In this document: positions 27,061-41,016 of the stretch, in pieces
How positions within the stretch are numbered: the stretch's first letter is position 1
Layout: every line of letters begins with the position of its first letter
Source of the DNA: Octopus sinensis
Lineage: Eukaryota
DNA: 64,000 bases
Assembly (NCBI RefSeq): GCF_006345805.1
Contig: NC_043009.1
Span: 2,976,001-3,040,000 of the forward strand
Direction: 5' to 3'
Program-made: the position numbers and the translations under genes
The notes under the pieces: model-generated
The model's input: only the letters and a program-made list of their open reading frames with translations
Database searches by the model: none
What the model was told of the DNA's origin: nothing

Positions 27061-27861
27061 AGGGAAATTGATATTAATCAATTAAAACCAGTAGCTTAGG
27101 ATATTTTATAAAAATCTGAAGATTAAAAATTGTGTTACATACATAATTTAGAGTAATGACCACTAAAGTGGACAGCCTATATGCTAAACATAGACGTCAA
27201 ATCGCCATTACAACGAAGAATGTGTTCTCAAGAAAAAAAATCAAAATGTAAAAATATGCAAGACAAATGAAGATATTCGAAGTAAAAAAAAAACCGGTTA
27301 CCTATGTACCATTGGTTTCACATATATGAACACGCAAATATCTGCAAGATGATCAGCATAGTATGTCGTTTTCAAAAAATTTCCAGAAGTTGATACATAA
27401 CGGTTAACCAAAATTTCTACAATTTATATTTGGGTGTATCTTTCAAATGCCTTCACTTTGGCGCGATGAGATCGGAAATTACTCTGAAGTTAATAAATTA
27501 CAGCAGTCAACTTACCGGTTAGAGAAGATTTTTTTTATTTAAAATTAAATAATAAGGGTAGACATTGATGTTAATCAATTAAAACAAGTGTCTTAGCATA
27601 TTAAAAAAAAAAAATCCGAAGATTAAAAATTGTGTTACATACAAAATTGAGAGGAATGACCACTAAAGTGGACACCCTTTATGGTAAACATAGACGTATT
27701 TCGTATATTTTTATTTCGTATATTTCATTTGTTTTGCTTATTTATACAGTTTGGCTCTGCTGAGATTTTTCTTGAGAACACTTTCTTCATATCATGACGA
27801 TTTGACGTCTAGGTTTAACATTATGGGTGTCCACTGTAGTGGTCATTCCTTTAAATTTTGT
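27061..27861 (-). mobile_element. Partially duplicated PLE-type short element with fold-back and degenerate hammerhead
   Basis: Direct repeat about 27061-27197/27557-27697; inverted arms 27641-27697/27805-27861; HHR-like motif at 27302-27361; homologous to 301-393. Confidence 0.55.
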
Positions 27862-27900
27862 ATATATATGCATGTATGTATATATATATATATATATATA

Positions 27901-28267
27901 TCTATATAAACGGCAGTTTGTCTGTGCGTGTTTCTGTGTGTCTGTTTGCTTGTACCCTCACCCTGACCACGGCTTTCAACCGATTCTGATGAAACTTGAC
28001 ACACACATAGCCCAATGTCATAATTCAAAACTAACGTAGCGAAAATTTTGAAAAGTTCCCCCAGTTCTGAAAAAAATCGATAAATTCGACATGGGGTCGA
28101 CAATCAGAAACACAAACCGCAAACTGTCTAGGGGACGCAACTCCACCTTTTTTCACTCTCAAAAAAATTTACCATCATTCTTTTGCTATTTTTGGGCTAT
28201 AACTCTCTAAAAATGCTTTATAGTTATTTCCCTTACAAACCTGAGCAACGCTGGGCGATACTGCTAG
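27901..28267 (+). mobile_element. Non-autonomous Helitron, second subtype
   Basis: 5' TC and the same ~70-bp 3' end (TAACTCTCTAAAAATGCT...GGGCGATACTGCTAG) as 7710-8215, with a different interior. Confidence 0.75.
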
Positions 28268-28477
28268 TATATCATATTTTATGTTTTATTCCCTGGACTG
28301 CGGTTATGCTGGAGAATTACCTTGAAGAGTTCTACCCTAACATATCGTCTCCATGGCTATTTTTAAAGTCTGGTTCTATCTGACACTTATACCCACAAAC
28401 ATTTACAGGGAAGTAAACAGAACAAAACTTGATATAAAGTGGTACTGCAGAAAACACATACATACAAATAGTTTCTT

Positions 28478-28625
28478 TTTCCCAAAAATACTCATAGGGT
28501 TTTAGTCGGCGCGAGTCTATATTGGAAGATATATCTAATGTGTCGCGCAGTAGCATAAATTGCGAACCATGCAGTTGACAAGCAAGCTTCTTACAACACA
28601 ATCATTCCTCCGCCTTTATTTTCGT
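28478..28625 (-). mobile_element. SINE family A, 5' half, diverged
   Basis: Reverse complement resembles 7273-7420. Confidence 0.55.
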
Positions 28626-29204
28626 AGCTCCCGGCTAACGAACACACACACACTCGTAGAGTCAGATATATATCCAAGAATCTTTGGAGGATCATATTGA
28701 GAGTGGCTCCGAAAGTTCTGGAGTTTTATGACATTTCGGCACTATCAATACCAAAAAATCTAGCCCCGTTGGCCAAACTGGGTTTGATACTTAATCATAT
28801 TCCTAAAATTTATCAGCAATAACGACGGTCCTCACAATTCAACCATACCCACATTTTGCCCTCTCTGCAAATTTGGTGATGAAATATATACTTTTTGCTA
28901 TTCCAGGGAATTTTCCACTAGCCATTGACTTGTTATTCGGTGAAAGTTTAGTTTGTAGTGAGAGAAGTGGTGAAGTTAATGATTTCCAACGCTAATGATC
29001 TTTTCACTACAATGGACTTTCACGGTTTGAAAGGAATCCTTGCCCGTAAGAGAAGCCTCTTCCGCCAGTAACTGATGATGTTGCTGCTGTCAAGTTACAC
29101 GCACGCACACACACACACACACACACACTCACACACACACGCGCGCGCGCGCGCGGACACTAACACACACACACAAAATTACATGAATATATATCTTCTC
29201 ATTT

Positions 29205-29405
29205 ACTTATGTCAGTCATTTAACTTCGGTCACACTGGAGCACTGACTTTATTTGAGACGAAGAATTCAACCCCGGTACTTATACTTTTGTAAGCCTTGT
29301 ACTTAGTCTATCGGTCGTGTTGGTCGAATCATTAACTTACGGGTAATTAAAGACTCCAACATCGGTTGTCAAGCGATGGTGGCGGTACAAACACAGACAC
29401 AAAGT

Positions 29406-29452
<47 letters not shown>

Positions 29453-29600
29453 GCATATATATAGGACGGGCTTCTTTTCAATTTCTGTCTACTAAATCCA
29501 CTCCCAAAGCTATAGTAGAAGACCCTTGCCCAAGGTAACACGCTGTCGAACTGAATCCGGAACAATGTGGTTTAGAAGTAAGCTTCTTACCACACATCTA
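29205..29600 (-). mobile_element. SINE family A
   Basis: Reverse complement of the family consensus with internal (CA)n(TA)n. Confidence 0.75.
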
Positions 29601-30565
29601 CGCATGAGCCAACACACAAACACAGATAGACAGATAAATAGATAGGTAGACACATACATATATACATACATACATGCGTTTAAATGCATGTATATTCCTT
29701 CTTACATCTTTTTAGAGACAGTTAGCTGCTTTAGTTTGCACTTCATTTATTTGACTATACGTAAACCACGCTTCATAAAAGTGGACTTGGAATTTTTCCA
29801 AGAGAATTACGACCTAATTCAGTCAAACTCCATTTTCAGTTCAAATCCATTCATGAAAACATTTGCATTCATCGTTACAATTTTGTTATTATAATTACCA
29901 GTTATATATTCAAGTTTTGTAATATAGATAAACCGCATCTTTTAAAAGCTGGCTTTGAAGCAATACAATTTGTATATTCAGACATAAAAATAGAAATCCA
30001 TTATTTGTTGAGCAACTGGTATTTTGAATAAACTCGTCAAACTATATTTTCCTGATATCGAACTTAACCTCTTTTGAGGATTGCGTTTATAGCATATATG
30101 ATAAAGAGTTGATACATAAACTCTGGATACGTTTATGATGCAGCATCAGTAACCGAAACATACATCAATCAGGAGATCATATAGCAATTATATGATGCTG
30201 CAATTCATAAATTTTGCGCATTGCATACAAAAAAGATAGAACCAAACAGATGTAGATTATTACAGCCGAACGGATATTATTTGGTATTTTATTCTAGAAA
30301 TTTACGAGGATTTCCAGTTATGAGTGTGTGGCATAGAATACAATAGTATATGAACATACTTTACCATTATCACGTTGGTTGTGACATCTTTTCTGGGAAC
30401 AATCCTTTCCGCACTTAATCTTCATATACTGTGTTAGTTCTAAGCTGACGTTTTCCTTTTATACTATAAATAAGAATTTCTGTTTCATTCTTTTCATTTC
30501 TAGAGTCCACACAAATACACACAAACACACACACACACACACACACCATATATATATATATACAT

Positions 30566-30644
<79 letters not shown>

Positions 30645-30802
30645 TGCATACGGTCATAAATAGGCACATATATATACATATATGTATGTGTAAAGTATAT
30701 ATATATATATATATATATCACAACGATATATACGTACAGCGATACATCTATCTATCTATCTATCTATCTATCGGTCTATCACTCTTTCTCTCTCTCTCTC
30801 TC

Positions 30803-30915
<113 letters not shown>

Positions 30916-31724
30916 ATATATTAATATATATATATATAATCTAACTTCTTGACTTAATTTGAACTATCAAAACAATAGTAATCAATTTACATGTCTAGAT
31001 GCTTCTTTTAAACAATTTTTATCCTGAAAAAAACCAGTTGCTTTTCTTTTAAATTGAAAAAGAGGAGAAAGTGCATATGAAATGGATGTGTGTGTGCACC
31101 TGTGTGTGTTAGTGAGTGAGGGGGAGGAGGACAGAATGCCACATACACATACATGAGGGCACACGCGTTCACTCACACACACTCGCTCACTCTCACTCAC
31201 ACAGACATGCACACGTACATATAAAAAAGATGTACGCATATGCATCAATGTATGTTCGCATACATGACAACATACCTCCTCACTCACTCTCTAACGAACA
31301 CGGGATGATGAAATCACATCCAGTTAAAAATATTTCTAAATGAATAGAATTTTGTGTAGGTCAAAAACACGACGTTTTGTTATTTTTTCTTAGAGAGCTC
31401 GAAGACTGTGTGTGTATATGTCACCGATAGAGGAGGTGTGTTTGTGTTGATTGACACGCCATAGCATTCATTTATGTGTATATTCATTATGTGTGTATGT
31501 CTGCTGACCTCAAGTAATAACAAGCAAAAGTGGTGTTTAATCTTTTAAGTAGAGGCCCAAATGTCACAAAAATATTTACTGCTGAAGGTAAGTATGAAAA
31601 TAAATATCTAAAAAGAGTTAAAATATAATATACTACTTGAGATATTTGCGTTACACACAAGCATCACTAAAGTTTTAATATTATTGAGATATATAATATA
31701 TATTCTTTTATTATTTTTTATTTT

Positions 31725-31921
31725 AAATATTTCAGTCATTTGAACTGCATCCATGCTGGAGCACCGCCTATAATCGAACAAAGCGAGTCCGAAACTTATT
31801 CTTTGTAAATTTAGAACTTATTCTATCTTTCTCTTTTTCAGAACCGCTACGTTATGGGGATGTAAATAGACTAATATCGGTTGCCAAGCGATGGTGGGTG
31901 AACAAACCCTGACGCATAAAA

Positions 31922-31967
<46 letters not shown>

Positions 31968-32115
31968 GACGAGCCTCTTTCGGTTTCGGTCTATCAGATT
32001 CGCTCGCAAGGGTTTGGTCGGCCCGGGAGTATAGTAGAAGACATTCCTCCACGGTGAAACTGAACCTTGAACCTCATATGGTTGGGGATCTTGTTTCTTA
32101 CTACATAGCTACTCC
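31725..32115 (-). mobile_element. SINE family A
   Basis: Reverse complement of the family consensus with internal (TA)n. Confidence 0.75.
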
Positions 32116-32183
32116 TGCAGCTATGTGTGTGTGAGTGAGTGTGTGTTTGTTTTTGTTTGTTTGTGTCTCTGTGTGTATGTATT

Positions 32184-32219
<36 letters not shown>

Positions 32220-33157
32220 CGTAGTGTGATTGTAGGCCTAAAGTAGTAAAGACAAAGCTTTCACTGCTACATCCTTCAGGGAAATAGGATACAAGTTGAC
32301 AGTTCGAAAAGGTGAGAAGAGTGTAAAATTACCTCTACTCGAATTGCAGGTGTTTATTGTATAAATTGTGCAACTTATTCATATTTGATATTTTCTATGC
32401 TTACAGATAACAGGGACCATTTTAAAAATGAAGTAAGAGGTAGACTGATAAGATTTATGAATGTGATTTAAATAATGCATACAATAATATTAAACAAAGC
32501 AAAAACCTATTTTCCGTGCAACGTTCTGTACTTAGTTATATAAGACAAGAATAAGATTTAATGAAAGTATTTAACATAAACTTCCATTTGCAGCAAGAAA
32601 GCACATTAGGAGACAAGATTTAGAAGAAAATAAATTTATACAACGTATGTAATTTCTGATTTTTAAGCATAATATCGCACAAACTCCCAGATATTTCTGT
32701 GCTTCTATTAAGGAGCGGCCCAGTTCAAATGTGTTATGCATTAAGGTGCAAAACAGCTTAAACCACTTATATCTGAAGTTATGTAATTTCTACTCGAATT
32801 TCTCATTTAGTCTTCAAAGCATAGAGGTAGCTAATTTATATCAAATTTCGAGCTCAGCTTTCTCTAAATAGAATTTCTAAATTCTTTTAAAATATAAACA
32901 ACTCGTGTTTTATGTGAAAAATAAAAGGAAAATCATTTAATAGAAAAATGAAAGAAACGGTAAAATATTTTTCTCTTTTATAATAATTATTATTGATTTT
33001 GGCTTGAAAGTGTGTTTCTTCAATTCATAAAGGTATTTTAATATTATTTTTAAAATTTACAAAAACTGTTTAACAAATGTATTTTCTCTAAAAGTGTCAA
33101 ATGAATTATAATTTCAGATTTGTTTTTACGTTTGTTATAATTTTGTGTCAGTTTGAG

Positions 33158-33159
<2 letters not shown>

Positions 33160-33232
<73 letters not shown>

Positions 33233-33239
33233 AGATAGG

Positions 33240-33296
<57 letters not shown>

Positions 33297-33299
33297 TAT

Positions 33300-33391
<92 letters not shown>

Positions 33392-33420
33392 TGGAGAGAT
33401 AGAAAGTGAAAGAGACGAGA
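33160..33420. repeat. (GATA)n(TA)n(GA)n compound microsatellite
   Basis: Visible directly. Confidence 0.95.
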
Positions 33421-35050
33421 GGCAGACAGAAATAAAGTAATGCTACATTTCCATACGTCATTTTAGATTAAGACCCATCTAAAACTAAATTTCAAATCGC
33501 AATTATCTGTAACCTTAGTGACTCGCAGTTTGAACATCCATTAATGTGTGTAATAACTATTAATTTACATTATACATTATTAAAAAATATCGCTAAAGGT
33601 GTTGGCGAGCAAAATTTAGAAAAGCCAATCTGTGCTGTGTTTGTTGACGCAAACACTCTACAACCGCATATAAACACAAATGGAACAACAGAACCATAAC
33701 ATTGTATAAGATACAAACAGAAATTAGTTAAATATATGATCAAGTACATTAATGTATGACAATAATTTAAACGTTAGAGTGACGACAATGGCAGTATAAT
33801 ACAATATGTGCTGAACAATCAATGATAACACTTTTAGAAATATACATATATATATACACATATATATATATATAAATATATATATAAAAGAACACATGCA
33901 TATATAAAATAGTCATTCAGAGATTTCGATCTCAGTACGCACTTAATTTTTGTCTTTTTCACTGGTCGAGAAAATATTCCGATTATTTTATTTCCACTAA
34001 AAGTCATACTGCGGCAGTGACAAATTGTTGTGCCGTGGCATCTGAGAAGCACAAAGTTGGCAACTAACTAGCAAGAAGTAGAAATCGCATATTATTATGT
34101 TTTTAAAACAACGGAAAATATAAGTATGTAAAATATATAACGTGTGACCAAAAAGTGTTGATCATTTGTAAATCGCTTTTTATCATAGAACTGCTCAACT
34201 GCAGTAGATTTGTAGTGCGGCAACAACGTGAAATTTTGTACAATATCGGAACCAACAAATTTTAAATTAATTTCAATAAAGTCAGAAAGCCTGAAGTATT
34301 TGGAACAATTGTTATTTAAATTAACCATAGTGTTTCACTGTTACTTTATTTTGCCGACGGTCTTATGTGAATAGTTTTCAAAGTTTAGGTTAATAGAATC
34401 GGAATCTCCCCAATAGAACGTGAGGATCAGAAAATTTCATTGGCATTTTCTGCTATGCCTTAACGACCCTGCCACTCTGCTCCTCCTTAGAATTCTTGAT
34501 TGTTGCTTCTGATTTCTGATTTGAGGCTGAAGGTCATCGGTTCTGACGGCAAGGAGTTTTGATGTCACCTTCTACGCCAGTAGTTGATTGCAGCTTACTT
34601 TAAACCATACAAAGCTGGAAGACGATTTTGACGTAGAACTTCAGTTCCTCAGCAACAAACTTCAATTTACCATCAACAGCGAGGAACTGAAACCAGCGAC
34701 GCATCGGTGTCCCATTGTTGCAATGGCAGTCGCTAATACGGTTTAAGTCCCAGCCTTGTGAGTCTTATGTTTCATGATTAATCTAAGTTCATGTCAAGCG
34801 AAAGTGGACAAAAGGCACAAACGGCCCGGAAGGGATCAATTCTCAGATCGAAAACGGCAAAACATTTTTCTTACGTTCTAGCGTTCAGTCAATCCATTAG
34901 GTTTCATATTTTGGTACAAATCCAGAAATTTTAGTAGAGGGGATAATTCTATTATATGAATTCCTTTACCCCAAAATTAAGTAAAGCAAAGCCAACCTCA
35001 GCGGCATTTGAACACAAGACGTAATACCGCTACTCATTTTTCGTTCGTAT

Positions 35051-35449
35051 GTACTTTTCCAATCTAGGTACAGGGCCCGAGATTTTGGGAAGTGGGGGCA
35101 GTCGATTAGATCCACTTCAGTACAAAACTGGTACTTAATTTATCGAACCTGATATGATGAAAGGCAAAGTCAACCTCGGCGGAATCTGAACTCAGAACGT
35201 AAAGACAATCGCATTACCTATTTCTTTACTACACACAGAGGGCTAAACACAGAGAGGACAAACAAGGACCGACAAACGGATTAAGTCGATAATATCGACC
35301 CCAGTGCGTAACTGGTACTTAATTTATCGACCCCGAAAGGATGAAAGGCAAAGTCGACCTTGACGGAATAGGAACTCAGAACGTAACGGCAGACGAAATA
35401 CCGCTAAGCATTTCGTCTGGCATGCTAACGTTTCTGCCAGTTCGCCGCC
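35051..35449 (-). mobile_element. Two tandem copies of SINE family B
   Basis: Same unit as 24658-25260; junction at about 35217. Confidence 0.85.
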
Positions 35450-35869
35450 TTTTTTCTTTCGTATATTAATATACAGAATATGACATAATCAAGAAAATCT
35501 CTAATGAAATGTATTTCAGTATATAGCATCATATCTCTACAATTTGACATCGAGTAGTCTCCAGTCGGACTGTATTTTCCTGCTCGTCTTACCTTAATTT
35601 TATAGTTTTTTTTCATAATTGTATTTTGTATAATGATATTTAGTATAATTGTATTCCAATATATCATAAAGTGGAGTTACGTTGTCTTCGTATATTTCAT
35701 TATGTAATTTGAAAGGATAAAGAAGATAAGCTTTCAAGAAGAAGGTAATTGAGAGGAATTACATTTTTTCTTTTATTTGTATAGAAATGTTGCATGTTTA
35801 TTGATAATGAGAAAATAATGTGAAGAGACCGCAATTCTCGAAGGGAATAATTTGTATCAGTTAAGGAGA

Positions 35870-36045
35870 GGAGATGGCAGAGTCATTTGCCCGTTCTGAC
35901 GTCAAATTGCGCCGAGATCGACTATGCTCTTCATTCTCTCGTGGCCAATAGCATAAGTACTAGCTGAACATTGGAGCCGATGTAATCGACCTTCACCCTC
36001 CGTCGAACTTGTTGGCTTGTGCTAAAATTTGAAACCAATAAGAAA
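35870..36045 (+). mobile_element. Diverged SINE family B
   Basis: Partial match to the family B head and core. Confidence 0.5.
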
Positions 36046-36477
36046 ATAATTATCGTCTTTAGAAACTCACAAAAAATCTGTTTCCGCATGATGAAACACG
36101 TATAAAAACCAAAACTAAAGAATTTTAAATAAAAACTCACGTTGCAGATTCACTTCGTAACTTCTTATAAAAATGGTTACATACTTGATTAAATGTGAAA
36201 GTCACAAAAATTGTCACGTTGTGTTTCATCATATACCGCTTTGTAACAAATGAATTAAGTGCCGATGCATGTATTTCTATCGTTGGTAAAAAACGACAAA
36301 CATCTGCCACCGCGAGCATTAAACTACTACTACTCTTTGTTGTCTACATCACCTGTCTTCATCTTTTGTTTTTTTTGTGAATTTTCCCCTAATTATTTTA
36401 TTTAGTCAGACGAAAGATAAGCTTATACACTTATCGAGCGGTAGATGTAGTTTAGTTAATGAAATGTAATACTTTCT

Positions 36478-36915
36478 TTTACCTGTTTCAATCATTTCGA
36501 CTGCGGCCATGATGCAGCACCACTTTGAAAGATTTTTCATGAACGAATCGACCCCAGCACATATTTTTTAAAGCGTAGTACTTATTCTGTAAGTTATATT
36601 TGACGAACTGATAAGTTACCGGGACATAAAACCACCTATACCGTTTGTCAGATGGTGATGTGGGACAAATACAGTACAAAGAATCACACACATAGCTATG
36701 TACACACACACACACACACACAGACACACACACAGACACACACACACACAGACACATACACACACATATACACATATATCAGCTTCTGTTTACAAAATAC
36801 ACTCACATGGCTTTAGTCGGTCCGAGTGTTTACAATTGAAGACACTTTCTCAAGGTGTCACATTGTGGAACTGAACCTGGAACCATGTGATTGGAAAGGA
36901 AGCTTCTTACCTCTC
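36478..36915 (-). mobile_element. SINE family A
   Basis: Reverse complement of the family consensus. Confidence 0.75.
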
Positions 36916-37214
36916 AACCGCATCTGTGCCTCAACTGTCTGAGATATTTACAACATCTAGGTTTCCCAAACGGTCACCCAACTAAGAACTATCTACAGTT
37001 CTATATTTAAGAGATTAGGAGTTATCTATATTATTTACATTATTTACATTATTTATATTTGACGGATATTTCTCCTCAAGATGTGGACAAATATCCGTCA
37101 AATATAAATAATGTAAATAATGTAAATAATGTAAGAACTAACTAGACTCGGCGTTGCTTAACTTTAGTGATAGGACCAGAACTGATGCATTCAACGTGAT
37201 TTGGCCATATGCAA

Positions 37215-37615
37215 TACTTACACTATTTCGTCTGTCTTTACGTTCTGAGTTCAAATTCTGCCGAGGTCGACTTTGCCTTTCATCTTTTCAGGGTTCATAA
37301 GTTAAGAACCAGTTTAATACTGGGGTCGATCTAATCGACAAGGTATTTCCCCAAAAATTCCAGCCCTTGTGCCAAGAGTAGAAGAGATTATTTGTAAAAT
37401 AGGTAGCTGGCAGAACCGTTAGCACACCAGACCAAATACTTAGCGGCATTTCATCCGTCTTGACGTCCTGAGTTCAAATGCCACCTATGTTAACTTTGCC
37501 TCTCAGCCTCTCAGCGTCGATAAAACAAGTACTAGCTATACACTGGGGTCAACGTAATCGACGTATCCCCATTGCAGAACTTGCTGGTCACGTACCAATA
37601 TTTGAAACAAATATG
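37215..37615 (+). mobile_element. Two adjacent SINE family B copies
   Basis: The GAGTTCAAAT...ACTTTGCCT...CTGGGGTC core occurs twice. Confidence 0.75.
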
Positions 37616-38055
37616 TATTCTTTTGTACCCACTTTTTCCGTAGTGTTACTCTTTACAATTTTTAGCATAAAATTCATGTAACTGAAATTTCAACATGCCG
37701 CCGCAAAACATTTCACCCCTCACAAATTAATTAAAATCATTTGATATGCCAACTCCTATATGACGCGCATAACATCATCAACACCATCTGATAATGAAGG
37801 AAGAGGACAGATTAAAGATATACAAAAATAGGGAGAGGGAAAGAGGGTAAAGAGTAACAGGCAGCAACACGAAGCAGTAAACTCTTTGCAGAAATTTCAC
37901 ACCTTGCAGTAACAGGAGTAATGGTGTTAGCTACAAGCAAATCAAAAATCAAGGTGCAAAAAATGGAGACAATTAATCTGAATTTTATCTAAAATCTATC
38001 AATTTATCTTAAATCACACACACTCACACACACATGCACACACATGCACATAACT

Positions 38056-38128
38056 GCTTCGGTAGCGCAGTAGGCAGCGCGTCAGTCTCATAATCGGAAG
38101 GTCGTCAGTTCGATCCTCAACTGGGGCG
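38056..38128 (+). tRNA. tRNA-Met: Elongator tRNA-Met(CAT), probably a pseudogene
   Basis: GCTTCGGTAGCGCAGTAGGCAGCGCGTCAGTCTCATAATCGGAAGGTCGTCAGTTCGATCCTCAACTGGGGCG. CAT falls at tRNA positions 34-36 (38089-38091) and TTTT follows. There is one mismatch in the anticodon stem and two in the T stem. Confidence 0.8.
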
Positions 38129-38138
38129 GACTTTTAAA

Positions 38139-38314
38139 GGCGCAGGGGTGGTTGTGTGGTTAGTAGTTTGCTTACCAACCACATGATTCTGGGTTCAGAC
38201 CCACTGTGTGGCATCTTGGGCAAGTGTTTTCTACCTTATCCTCGGGCCGACCAAAGCCTTGTGAGAGGATTTAGTAGACAGAAAATGAAAGAAGCCCGTC
38301 GTATTTATATAGTA

Positions 38315-38352
<38 letters not shown>

Positions 38353-38625
38353 TATATAGGTGTGGTGTGTGTATGTGTGTGGTGTCTGTGTGTATGTGTG
38401 TGTGTGTGTGTTTGTGTGTCAGTGTTTGTCGCCCCAACATCGCCTGACAACCGATGCTGGTGTGATTACCTCCCTGTAACTTAGTGGTTCGGCAAAATAG
38501 ACCGATAGAGTAAGTACTAGCCTGCAAAATAATAAGCCCTGGGGTCGATTTGCTCGAGTAAAGGCGGTGCACCAGCATGGCCGCAGTGAAATGATTGAAA
38601 CAGGTAAAGGAGTAAAAGAGTAAGG
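38139..38625 (+). mobile_element. SINE family A, full length
   Basis: Matches 7273-7702. Confidence 0.85.
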
Positions 38626-40789
38626 AGTATATACATCCAAGCATATGCACGTATAGTAATGACATTACTTTTTTCGAAAGAAGTATCAATTGAAATTATA
38701 CAGGATTTCTTATAGACGTCATGGGATTTCCCATGGACTTTTCTCTGTCCGCAATATTGCTTTTCTCATCGTAGCATTGTTACATTATTTTAATAATTCA
38801 GTTTCAATGTCAGAGGCTAATTTGTTTCCTTTCCGGCTTAAGTAAATACAAACAAAATTGTTGCACATGTGTCAAATATTTCTTGGTGGCCTCGCACGTA
38901 AATGTGTGTTTAACACCTCCCTGCTTCTCGAAGCATTTTAGCAAAGAAAACTGCATGTGTTCAAGGAAACTAATTTGATTCAGCAGTGAATAATCGAGTA
39001 ATTTCCTGAGGCTTGTGTTGTTAAGAGGTTGAATTATATGAAAATATGTTCAAGTCACTTTTCACATGGTTCAAAGTAAATGAAAACTAAATTTGTAGGC
39101 ACGAAATGAATGTAATTAAATCATCCATACTAAAACAATTACCTATAACTAATGACATATGCATGATTCCGGCCAACTTTGTGAACACCATGTCAAAAGT
39201 TCCATCAGACATCACAAATATCAACCCTGTGTTGACGTATTTTAGCGGCAGTTAAGGCCTGTTCTAACGGCCATTTGACAGCATTGAACCAATAGCCACC
39301 TGCAATGTTTTGGCAACTCAGTTTATTTCCGGCTGTATACGTTACTAAAATGATAGAGTTCCATTTCACTAACTTTGTAGCAAATCAAACCACGGCAGAG
39401 GTCAGCTTTATGACCGTTGTGTAGTTCCAAAACAGCTCTTGCTCTTAGGACTAGCCTTTTAATTGAAGGTTTCCAGCAATGACCTTCGCGTGCATACTTT
39501 TTACTGACATAACATATCGAGGATTTTAATTATCTTGTTTAACCTCAGAGTATCGTTCGTTTGTTGGTAATTTGGCGACACCGTCATTCTTTTGTCTTTG
39601 TTGTAAGGAAAAGAGATCGTGCATAAATGGTTTGTAAACATCCAGTTGTGGAGGACACATATAATATCGGACAGGGTTAAATAGGTGTTATCAAATGTGA
39701 GTCAAATCAAGCACAGTTGCTCCAGTTCAAATTATACAATACGTTGCTGTATACGAAAAAACACAAAAATCGTTGTTAAATAAAATGTAATTTCTTAACA
39801 CATCTTCAGAGATTTAATTTTCTATTAAATCTCAAATGATTTATCAGACAACAAGAAAAACGATATAGATGTTCGATATTTAAGAAACATAAGCTAAAAC
39901 ACACACACACACACACACACACCACACACACACACACACATGCACTCAAACACACACACGCACACATATACATACACTCATATATGCCTGAATAGATGTT
40001 TGTATGAATGTATACATATATGTACGGATGTGTATATCCAAGTATGTATGTAAATGTGTGTGTGTATATATGTATGTTTTTTCATAAGCAACGGAATTAT
40101 CTTACTGTTTTCTTCAAGATCAGATATTTGTAAACATTTTTTTAATATCATTTTTTATATTCTGAAATTTAATCAACGTATCTGACAGCTTTAAAGTTGG
40201 TTAATTAATTTAAGTTTGAGTAGCTAACACATTTTATTCTGTTGTTTTTAGCTTTGTCAAGGCCGTCAGGATTTATATAAGCTCTATTTGTAGAGAAAGG
40301 CGAAACAAATTATACGACGGTATCCACTTTACATAGATATCATGTCATCGAAGTAACAAACATACAAGTTCTATCTGAGTGTGCATACAGATATGTTAAT
40401 GAGCATGTAATATTATATATATATATCATGTGTGTGTATGTATGTATATATATATCGATAGATATACATACATATATATATGTATATATGTGTATATATA
40501 TGTATATATATATGTATATATATGTATATATATGTATATATGTATATGTGTATATGTAATATATATATGCACATATATAATTATATATGTTTGTTTTTGT
40601 ATATATATATATATTATATATATATACATATGCATACATGCATACATATATATATAGTATATATCTATATATAATTATATATATATATATGTATATACAT
40701 ACATATGCATACATGCATACATATATATATATATATCCTGTGTGAGCGTGTATAGGTTACATAAAATCAGAAAACAAAGTCAAAGCAGT

Positions 40790-41016
40790 GTAAAATTTCT
40801 TGGACATTTTATAAAGAGAAAGGTAGTCAGCTGTTTCAAGGATATAAAAGACATCCCATCATCAGAGAGATAAATAGAAGGAAATATTAAAGTTCAATAT
40901 AAGAAGTTATTTTGGGAAGACAGAGATTTAGGAATTATAAAGGGAAATAGCTTCTTATATCCCTGAAACGGCTGTATAACTACCATTCTCTTTACAAAAT
41001 GTCCTTGAAATTTTAC
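40790..41016. mobile_element. Fold-back element with hammerhead remnants
   Basis: Arms 40790-40847/40955-41016; the minus strand has CTGATGA...GAAACAGCTGAC at 40826-40865. Confidence 0.55.

Noticed and set aside
31550-32430. Plus-strand micro-exon candidates with strong donors (AAG|GTAAGT near 31588)
   Set aside because: Peptides are too short and unrecognisable; such sites are expected by chance.
34640-34700. Hairpin followed by GAAAC
   Set aside because: No CUGANGA-like core or stem I, so not called a hammerhead.
39140-39345. GGYWFNA (fibrinogen-like) and LIFVMSDG (VWA-like) peptides on the minus strand
   Set aside because: They lie in different frames with a stop and are too short to support a domain.
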